Shown here piece after piece: positions 1-7,280 of a DNA stretch of 26,178 bases. Both the position numbers and the translations under genes were made by a program. The notes below the pieces were generated by a model, which was given only the letters and a program-made list of their open reading frames with translations, made no database searches and was not told where the DNA came from. The number at the start of each line of letters is the position of its first letter. Within the stretch, counting starts at the first letter, position 1. This DNA comes from a virus. Its lineage: Duplodnaviria > Caudoviricetes. The DNA is taken from the IMG/VR virus record IMGVR_UViG_3300037462_000252, positions 1 to 26,178 of that record; one strand, given 5' to 3'.

Positions 1-194
1 TTGCTCCCGCCCGATGCCGCAGCCCAGACATCGGCAGGCAGTGGGATTTCGGCAAGGATCGTGCCCTGCCTCGCCGCCGCGCAATTGACAGGCGGCGCAC
101 CGGTGCGCAGACGCAGCACGGGCGAAGCGCCGATGACGGTTTCAATGGCATCAGCAGCGGCATTGCGGGCTGCGGTCGAAAACTGGAAAGACAT
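1..194 (-). CDS. Phage virion-associated protein (N-terminal part only; runs off the left edge; not in ORF track)
   Basis: ATG at 194 preceded by AAAGGAG; reads MSFQFSTAARNAAADAIETVIGASPVLRLRTGAPPVNCAAARQGTILAEIPLPADVWAAASGGS..., resembling proteins found after tail genes in proteobacterial phages. Confidence 0.8.
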   Translation of the reverse strand, partial: MSFQFSTAARNAAADAIETVIGASPVLRLRTGAPPVNCAAARQGTILAEIPLPADVWAAASGGS

Positions 195-216
195 GGTTCG
201 GGTCTCCTTTAAGGGA

Positions 217-606
217 TCAGTTGGTTTCGGCAGGCGCTTCGGGCTCGCTCGCGGGCTGGGGCGCGCAAAAGCCAGCCTCGATCGCAGGATCGTCTGTCAA
301 TTCGGGCGCGCCGCCATCGGCAATGCGGGCCGCCACCCCGGCGATCAGCGCAGCGCGCAGGCCCTTGCCGTAGAAGTTGTTGGCGCCAACAAAGCGCGCC
401 AGCCCGCCCAGCAGCTCGATCCCGGCCTCGCCCAGATCGGCGCGCGCGGCATAAAGCGCCTCGGTGGTCGTGATGATCGCACCCAGCGCATCGGGGCTGA
501 CCAGCGCCTCTGTCAGCTTGTCACGGGTGTGATCGGGCAGCGCCGCCGAGTGCGCGCCGAAGAATGCGACGATTGCGCGGTTGGCGTCGGTTCCATGGAA
601 GTTCAT
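217..606 (-). CDS. Hypothetical phage protein (129 aa)
   Basis: ATG with GAAAGGA RBS, co-oriented with the tail operon, natural amino acid composition. Confidence 0.8.
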   Translation of the reverse strand: MNFHGTDANRAIVAFFGAHSAALPDHTRDKLTEALVSPDALGAIITTTEALYAARADLGEAGIELLGGLARFVGANNFYGKGLRAALIAGVAARIADGGAPELTDDPAIEAGFCAPQPASEPEAPAETN

Positions 607-618
607 TGGTCGATCCTT

Positions 619-1020
619 TCAATTGAGCAGCAGGCCCGCAGCAGCGGCGGCGGAAATGCCCCGCGCCTGCTTGAGCAGATCCTCGATCACGCGCGCGGCG
701 CAGCTATCCAGCCAGGCATCAGCCTCGAACGCCGCACCGGCATCAAACTGCCAGGAATGCACGCTCTCCGGCCCCAGCAGGAGCTTGCCTGCGATCCGTT
801 CCACGCTTCCCGCCTCGTCGATCAGGCTGGCCGACAGGCGCACTTCGATGCGCGGCGGCACTGGCGCGGCATTGGGCTGGTGCAGCCGATCATCCTGATC
901 GGCGGCCATCGGCGTCACCCGCACGCGGGCGCGCGGCCAGTCGGCATCGCCGGTGGAGTAAGCGATCTCGGTAAAGCTATCGCGGCTGCTTAGGCCGGGG
1001 TGATCGTCAATTCGGTTCAT
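619..1020 (-). CDS. Hypothetical phage protein (133 aa), possibly tail assembly related
   Basis: ATGA overlap with the tail-tip gene stop. Confidence 0.8.
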   Translation of the reverse strand: MNRIDDHPGLSSRDSFTEIAYSTGDADWPRARVRVTPMAADQDDRLHQPNAAPVPPRIEVRLSASLIDEAGSVERIAGKLLLGPESVHSWQFDAGAAFEADAWLDSCAARVIEDLLKQARGISAAAAAGLLLN

Positions 1021-4000
1021 GGTGCAAGCTCCGGGTTGAGGCCGGGGAAGCCAGCCCCACCGCCGCCACCGCCATTGTTCGGGCCTGATCCGGTCGCAGG
1101 CGTCGTCACAAAGCCGACATAGCGCCGACCGGCGACGGTGAGCTGGTTGCGGTCGGTGGTGGCGACGTAGCTGCGCGCCCCGCCGACAAAATCGGGGTTG
1201 GTTTCCCAGACATAGTAAAGCGTGTTGGACGAAAGCCCGCCGATGCTGCTGGCGGTGAAATCAAGCTGCCCGAAATCATCAAACACCGAATGCGCGTTGA
1301 TGGTGATGGTCGAAACGCCGGTGCTGCTGTCGGTGCTGGCCGTGAGGGGGTTGGTGTTGAGCGTCTGGAGCACGCCGCCCGCCACGATCTGCGAAGTAAT
1401 GCGGCGGCTCGTCGCACGCCCTGTCACCGGGTTGAGCAGGCCGACCACCGGCTGATTGGTGGTCTTGTCCGATCCGAACTCGGCAGGCCGCAGTGCGTTG
1501 AGATCGGACCCGTTATCGTATTCGACCTGATTGCCGAACATCCGCGGCAGCGAACTGTCCATGAAGGGTGTGGCATTGGGGCCGCGTTCCACCTTGATCG
1601 CCCAGAAGACAACTTCCTGGAAGCTGCCGGACGCAGGGAAAATGCAGCCGGTGACAATGCGCAGGAACGCGGTGCCGGCAGGCGTGGTGAGACCATTAGC
1701 CTCCCAGCGATCCGACTGCGGGTTGTAGATCAAGGGGTGGTTGGCGAGGATGGTGTCTTGGGCAGCGTTGAGGCAATCTACTGATGGCACAAGGCTCGCC
1801 CCATTGCCAAACCCGTTCAGGCTGACAGAGGTTTGCAGGCCAGCGCCGTAGGCCATGGCGAACGATGGGAATACGCTGAAACTGCTTCCCCCGCTGATCC
1901 GGCCATATTGATACACCACGCCGTCAAGCGGGATCGAGGTAAAGGAAATCAGGCTACCGCCGCCGCCTGATGTGTTGGCCCAACCGATCTGCGCAGGGGT
2001 TCTGCCATCAGTCGGGCCGAACGGATAAGGGAACACGTTTGCTCTGGGCTGAGCGAGCTTGCCGACAGGGATCGTGGAAGTCGCCCACGGAGATTGAGCA
2101 TTGATGAAAGCAGCGGTCTTGCCTGCTGTCACATCGGCGTTGTCTTCCGGCCGCCCGGTGCCAGTTACACCAGCCCAGAGCGCCCGCTGGGAAGCAATCT
2201 GCGAAATCGCCTCGATCACCAGCTCGCGCCAGATCGCATAGTTATTGAAGCCCGCCACAAAATCGGCCCGGACGACATTGCTATTCGTGTTGGCGTCGAT
2301 GTTGATGGCAGTCAGGTAAGCAATCAGCGCATCATAGGCCGCCTGGTAATTTGATCGGATGGCGGTATCGACTCCGAAGTCAGCCGCCCGGTCGCGCCAG
2401 ATCGGGAACTCCGCCATGATGTTGGTGCGCCGCTCGCGCACGCTGATCTTCTCGCCGCGCGTCACCACGCCATCGCTGGCAATCGCAGTCAGATCGGCCA
2501 GCGATGCCGTGGCGTCGGCGCGAGCTGTCGCCAGCTCTGCCTCAAGCACAGCAGGCGTCAAGCCCGTCCATGTTGCCCACGGAGATTGAGCATTGATGAA
2601 AGCAGCGGTCTTGCCTGCCGTCACATCGGCATTGTCTTCCGGCCTTCCGCTTCCTGTCACGCCAGCCCAAAGTGCCCGCTGCGCGGCGATCTGCGAAATC
2701 GCCTCGATCACCAGCTCGCGCTGGGTGGCATAGTTCACGAAGGCCGCGATGAAATCCGCCCGCACAATCGGACTGTTGGTGTTGGCATCAAGATTGATCG
2801 CCGTGAGATAGGCGATCAGCTCGTTGTAGCTGGTGGTGTAGGAATTACGCAGGCCAACCGCGACGCCGAAATCCACCGCCCGGTCGCGCCAGATCGGGAA
2901 CTCGGCCATGATGTTGGCCCGGCGTTCACGCACCGCAGGCTTCTCACCGCGATCAAGCACTGCGTCGGATGCAATGGCTGTCAGATCGGCCAGCGATGCC
3001 GTTGCATCGGCCCGCGCTGTTGCCAGTTCCGCCTCAAGCACGGCGGGGGTAAGGCCCGCCCATGTCGCCCACGGCGATTGACCGTTGATGAAAGCGGCCG
3101 TGTTCTGGGAAGTAACATCGGCGGCATCGAAAGCATTGGGGCCGGGCGAAAATGGCGGATGGATCGCCTGCCCGTCGATCGCCGAAGTCACCATCGGCTC
3201 AAGAAACGCCATGCGGATAACGCCCGCACCCGCCGCCGTTACCGACAGCACCAGATAGGCGTTGTTGGCATTGAGCGGAACGGTCGAGAAATCTTCCTGC
3301 CGCACGGTCAATGCGGATGGCGCCGCGCCAGTCCCGCTCGCAATCAGATCATTGCTGAGGAACGTATTGCCCTGTCGATACTCGATGAACAGCGCCCAGG
3401 ACTGCGGGGCTGGGCCGGAAATTGAAAAGGCATCAATGCGCGATGAAATCGAAAGTCGCTCGCCACCGATCACAGCAAACGGAGCGCTGCCGATCAGCCC
3501 GGTCTGCCCTGCTGCGCCGGCAGTCGCATCGCATTGAATGAATGGGCGACCCTGAAATTCGAAGGGGATGATAGGCGTGAACGAAGCCATCGTGCCGCCA
3601 AGCACCGCCCAGCCAAAGCCGCCCTCCATCCGGCTGAACGGCACCCGGTTGGCATTGGCCGTCTGGGTGCGGTTGGAACCGAATTCGGCCGGTTGAAGAT
3701 CCGCGATCGACACGCCGTTGGGATAGGCAAACTCGGCGAGCGTCACCGGGCCAAGCACACGGCGCGGCCCAGTAACCCCGTCGACGACATAAGACACCGC
3801 CGCATAATGCGTGCCGCCCGAAGGCACCGGGATGCTCAGCCTGGTGACATCGGGCCGCGATGCCCCGGCCAGCGTCCAGGCGGTATTGTCGTCGGGCGCA
3901 GCGCTTTGCTGGACAAACTCGAAGATCACGAAACGGGCCGCCGGATCATCGGTCTGACCGACGATCTGCAGCGCGGGCACGCGCACGCCGCCCGCCGCGA

Positions 4001-5537
4001 TTGTGGTGGCCGAAAGCGCCCAGGCCCCGGCGATCGGCGGCTGAAGCGCCGCTGGCGCGGGCTGCTGCGCGGCAATCACGCCATCATCAAGCGGCGCGGT
4101 TTCGCTGAAAACGCTGGCCGAAATCTGGCGCAAGGTCAGCTGGTGCCGCCAGCCCTCATCCGATCCCCACGCTTCCACCAGGAACGTGCGCGTTGAGCCC
4201 TTGAAATAGCGGTCGGATTGCCAAGTGACCCAATCGCCTTCCTCGATCCCGGCAAAGCGCGGCGGCAGTGTCACCCTGCCACGCGCCCATAGGCGGCCAA
4301 GTCGCCGGGCGATTTCGGCAAGGCGCTCGGCCTGGCGCACATTTGTGACCAGCGTCAGGTTGAGCGTCTGCTCGCGCGGGCCGCCATCGGTGACGATATC
4401 GGCGGTGTCGCGGCGCACTGGCGCGCCGCGCGTTTTCCAACGCTGCACCGGATCGACAAAGCGGGCGATGACGGTGTTGACCCAGCCGTCATCGGAAATG
4501 CCAAGAAACTCCGACCAGCTCACCCGGCTGCCGACGATCAGATCGCGGTCGGTGAAATGAGCCACCGGCGCGCGCGCTTCGCCGGGATCAACCTCCACCG
4601 CGCCTTCGGGCTGGGAAATCACCCCGCCGCAGGCTGCCGCGAAATCGCTCTCAACTTCGATGAAAGGCTCATCAGCCGATACCACGCCGCCGATGCGATA
4701 GCGCGGCGCACCATCCACCAGCTCGTCGCACAGGTTGGCGCGGGCGAACACGTTCTGCGGCGGAGCCTCGATCGCCGAAAGCCCGCGCCCCAGCAGCAGC
4801 ATTTCGGGTTGATTGACCCGATCTCCGGCATAGATCCCGCGCACCCAGGTGTGGCGGATATCGATGGGGTTTTCAGTCCACTCGCGCGTGGCCGGATTAT
4901 TCCAGCGATGCGCGCCGCTGCCGCCGACGCTGCTGTCCTTGCGCGCCTGATACGCCCTGAGGCCGCGCAGCACGAAGAGGAAGCTAGGCCGCCGCCCTTC
5001 CCAGACTGGTGTCTTGGCCTTCTCGTCATCGGCCTTGTAAGCCACCACCGCCCAGGCGACGCCCCGGCCGCGATCATTCTCCGTCCAGCCAGGGCCATGC
5101 GTGGTGAGGATCGATGGCACTTCCTGATCCCAGCGGCCATCGCGGAAATAGACTTCGAGCTGCCCGTTGAAGCCCGGAACCGCGCCATCGCCTGTGAAGG
5201 TGTGGAACGCATCATCGACAAAGAAGCCTTCGAGCGCATCGCAGCGGTGATCGGCCAGCGCGATGACCAGCACTTCCCAATCGGTGCCGTACTTGCCGCC
5301 AAAGTTGAATGCATCGACCAGCGACCCTGCCACCGCCGCGCGCCCGAACACGCCCTGCCGGGCCACTTCGCCGGTTTGCAGCGTGGCAGCCAGCGCATCG
5401 CGCCGCTGGCGGCCTGGCTTGGAGAGCAGCGAAAAGCCGACCAACGCAACCGTGGCAATCAGCTTGAACGAGGCCGTCACCTTGATGGCCCCGATCAAGG
5501 CGGTGATGAGTTTGACGGCGGCTACCAGCTTGGGCAT
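1017..5537 (-). CDS. Tail tip / host-specificity protein (Phage-tail_3-like core, two beta-sandwich-like domains, duplicated helical domain), 1506 aa
   Basis: Start MPKLVAAV at 5537 (TAATG overlap); core motifs such as FVLRGLRAYQARKD, EWTENP, NTVIARFVDP, IEEGDWVTW; last gene of a Dit-hub-NlpC-tip block. Confidence 0.9.
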   Translation of the reverse strand: MPKLVAAVKLITALIGAIKVTASFKLIATVALVGFSLLSKPGRQRRDALAATLQTGEVARQGVFGRAAVAGSLVDAFNFGGKYGTDWEVLVIALADHRCDALEGFFVDDAFHTFTGDGAVPGFNGQLEVYFRDGRWDQEVPSILTTHGPGWTENDRGRGVAWAVVAYKADDEKAKTPVWEGRRPSFLFVLRGLRAYQARKDSSVGGSGAHRWNNPATREWTENPIDIRHTWVRGIYAGDRVNQPEMLLLGRGLSAIEAPPQNVFARANLCDELVDGAPRYRIGGVVSADEPFIEVESDFAAACGGVISQPEGAVEVDPGEARAPVAHFTDRDLIVGSRVSWSEFLGISDDGWVNTVIARFVDPVQRWKTRGAPVRRDTADIVTDGGPREQTLNLTLVTNVRQAERLAEIARRLGRLWARGRVTLPPRFAGIEEGDWVTWQSDRYFKGSTRTFLVEAWGSDEGWRHQLTLRQISASVFSETAPLDDGVIAAQQPAPAALQPPIAGAWALSATTIAAGGVRVPALQIVGQTDDPAARFVIFEFVQQSAAPDDNTAWTLAGASRPDVTRLSIPVPSGGTHYAAVSYVVDGVTGPRRVLGPVTLAEFAYPNGVSIADLQPAEFGSNRTQTANANRVPFSRMEGGFGWAVLGGTMASFTPIIPFEFQGRPFIQCDATAGAAGQTGLIGSAPFAVIGGERLSISSRIDAFSISGPAPQSWALFIEYRQGNTFLSNDLIASGTGAAPSALTVRQEDFSTVPLNANNAYLVLSVTAAGAGVIRMAFLEPMVTSAIDGQAIHPPFSPGPNAFDAADVTSQNTAAFINGQSPWATWAGLTPAVLEAELATARADATASLADLTAIASDAVLDRGEKPAVRERRANIMAEFPIWRDRAVDFGVAVGLRNSYTTSYNELIAYLTAINLDANTNSPIVRADFIAAFVNYATQRELVIEAISQIAAQRALWAGVTGSGRPEDNADVTAGKTAAFINAQSPWATWTGLTPAVLEAELATARADATASLADLTAIASDGVVTRGEKISVRERRTNIMAEFPIWRDRAADFGVDTAIRSNYQAAYDALIAYLTAINIDANTNSNVVRADFVAGFNNYAIWRELVIEAISQIASQRALWAGVTGTGRPEDNADVTAGKTAAFINAQSPWATSTIPVGKLAQPRANVFPYPFGPTDGRTPAQIGWANTSGGGGSLISFTSIPLDGVVYQYGRISGGSSFSVFPSFAMAYGAGLQTSVSLNGFGNGASLVPSVDCLNAAQDTILANHPLIYNPQSDRWEANGLTTPAGTAFLRIVTGCIFPASGSFQEVVFWAIKVERGPNATPFMDSSLPRMFGNQVEYDNGSDLNALRPAEFGSDKTTNQPVVGLLNPVTGRATSRRITSQIVAGGVLQTLNTNPLTASTDSSTGVSTITINAHSVFDDFGQLDFTASSIGGLSSNTLYYVWETNPDFVGGARSYVATTDRNQLTVAGRRYVGFVTTPATGSGPNNGGGGGGAGFPGLNPELAP
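2079..3122 (-). repeat. In-frame tandem repeat, 492-bp (164-aa) period, two full copies plus a ~20-aa partial copy
   Basis: ADVT..TAAFIN.QSPWAT starts at 3122, 2630 and 2138; 2083-2152 versus 2575-2644 differ at 2 of 70 nt. Confidence 0.97.
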
Positions 5538-5950
5538 TAGCCGCGCTCCCCGCGCGATGTGGCCGACCAAGCCATCTGCATCGCATCGCGCCGCAAGCGT
5601 TGATTTCCGCGGCGGCCGGGGCCGACCAGCGTCTGCCCTTCGATGATCATCAGTCCGACGCCGAACAGACGATGCTCGATCCCTGCGATATCGCCGCGCT
5701 GCGCAAAGGCGAGCGGGATGCGTTCGAACCGGGCATCAAGCGCAGCGATCAGACCGCCCATCTGTTCGGTGATCGCCAGCGCCTCGCGCCGGTTGTTCCA
5801 GCGCGGCACATCGGCCAGCGGATCGCGCCCGGTCTGCGCGGCCACGCCAGCGCCCGCGTAGCGCACGCAATCATTGGTGCCCCAGCGGAAAGGCCGCGCC
5901 TGCCGGGCTTCGATCATGGCGAGCAGGGCCTGAAGATCGCGCGCGCTCAT
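5537..5950 (-). CDS. NlpC/P60-like tail-associated protein (DUF6950-like)
   Basis: PFRWGTNDC motif and AQRGDIA; position between hub and tail-tip genes. Confidence 0.85.
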   Translation of the reverse strand: MSARDLQALLAMIEARQARPFRWGTNDCVRYAGAGVAAQTGRDPLADVPRWNNRREALAITEQMGGLIAALDARFERIPLAFAQRGDIAGIEHRLFGVGLMIIEGQTLVGPGRRGNQRLRRDAMQMAWSATSRGERG

Positions 5951-6588
5951 TGCAGCCTCACTTCGGGGAACAGGTCGCCGCCGGGGGCGATGCCGCCGCC
6001 GCCGGGCAGCACCGATCCGGCGCGCGCGGGCCTGCGTCCGCCCCAGTAAAGCTGCTTTTCAGCGGCGAATGAGACGTTCTTGAAGAACCCGTCAGCGGGA
6101 TCAATCAGGCGCTGATCGGCATCCGAGCGCATCCGGCCGCCGCGCTTGCCAAGGCCGCGTGCTGCAGTTTCGAGCTGGGCCGTGATCGCAGCCGTTCCGC
6201 CGATTTCGTCTTCCTGCGGCAGGGTATCCAGCCGCCCGCGCGCCCAGACATGGAAATCGAGCAGGCTGGTGCCGCTTTCATCGAAGATCAGCCGCCACAG
6301 CACGGTGGGCGCGCCTTTGACCGCATCGGCATCAAGCAGCGCCAGAGTTTCAGGATCGATGCCCGAAAGCGTCAGCGTAATGTTCTGCGCCGCACCGCCC
6401 AGTGCGCCGCCTGCCACCTGGGCAATGCCGCGATCACCGACGCCTTCAAAGGTGCGGCCATCAAAGGTAATGGAGCCATGGCCGCCCCACACACGGATCG
6501 GCGGGTTTGATCCGATTTCCACGGCACCCGAGACAATGGCATCGCCATTATCAAGCGCGGCCAGCGCGGCAGGCGTGAAAACCTTCAT
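5947..6588 (-). CDS. Baseplate hub / minor tail protein (DUF2163/gpL-like), 213 aa
   Basis: Likely start MKVFTPAA at 6588 (ATGA overlap); IRVWGGHG..FDGRTFEGVG, LTLSGID, SDADQRLIDPADGFF..V...LYWG. Confidence 0.85.
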   Translation of the reverse strand: MKVFTPAALAALDNGDAIVSGAVEIGSNPPIRVWGGHGSITFDGRTFEGVGDRGIAQVAGGALGGAAQNITLTLSGIDPETLALLDADAVKGAPTVLWRLIFDESGTSLLDFHVWARGRLDTLPQEDEIGGTAAITAQLETAARGLGKRGGRMRSDADQRLIDPADGFFKNVSFAAEKQLYWGGRRPARAGSVLPGGGGIAPGGDLFPEVRLQ

Positions 6589-7280
6589 GGCCGCAAGTCC
6601 TGTATCGCGCTGATCCGCCCGCCGCCCAGCGCCGCGCCCTTGCTGATCGGGCCGAGCTCGCTCTCTTCGGGCACCAGCTGCATCACGCACACCGGGTTGA
6701 CGAAATGCGCCACTGCGCCCGCGGGCACCACCAGCGGATCGAGCGGCGGTTCGGCGATCACCTGCGCCACGCCGCCAGCCCCGGCAGTGGCGGGCAGGAC
6801 CGCGCGCGCCATCGTGCGCCGCTCGAAATTGCCGGGTGGCGCACCGGCAGCATCCCACATGAAACCGATGTAGTCGCCGATGCTGATTTCCAGCCCCGCA
6901 GGCAGGCCGGTCAGGGTGATGCGGGCATCCCCGCCGGGCAGGATCGTCTGCGACCAGCCCAGGGCGCTGCCATCGAACGTCCCGCCCACCGCGCGCGTCA
7001 TCCCGGCAAAGCCCCCACGATAAAGCTTGGGCATCCGCCGCGTCGGATCGCCGCAATAGAACCGCCGGATGCGGCCGCGCATCCGGGCGAAGAACGCGCG
7101 CCACAGATCGGCGCTGTCAGGATCGCTACGGTCCAGTTCGAACTGGGCCGCCCACAGCGGCCAGCCTGCTTGCACGCCGCCCTGCTTGCCGCCCGCCTGA
7201 GGCGCGGCGAAATCCACCCGCGCGATATCAAAATTGACGCGGGCAATGCCGCTGGGGGTTTCAGGAAAAGGCAGGATCAT
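6585..7280 (-). CDS. Distal tail protein (Dit)-like
   Basis: Directly follows the tape measure gene with ATGA overlap; LWRAFFARMRG...DPTRRMP pattern. Confidence 0.75.
   Translation of the reverse strand: MILPFPETPSGIARVNFDIARVDFAAPQAGGKQGGVQAGWPLWAAQFELDRSDPDSADLWRAFFARMRGRIRRFYCGDPTRRMPKLYRGGFAGMTRAVGGTFDGSALGWSQTILPGGDARITLTGLPAGLEISIGDYIGFMWDAAGAPPGNFERRTMARAVLPATAGAGGVAQVIAEPPLDPLVVPAGAVAHFVNPVCVMQLVPEESELGPISKGAALGGGRISAIQDLRP

Noticed and set aside
1-993. 330-aa plus-strand ORF
   Set aside because: Lies antisense to three minus-strand genes that have RBSs or coupled starts
2079-3122. Diversity-generating retroelement TR/VR pair in the tail gene
   Set aside because: Both copies are in-frame coding, differences are not adenine-specific, and no reverse transcriptase is in the window
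6589-7104. N-terminal extension of the 385-aa ORF (and similar extensions at 16153, 13423, 21824, 24186, 24882, 25505)
   Set aside because: Arg/Gly-rich off-frame readings overlapping upstream genes; downstream starts with overlaps or RBSs fit better
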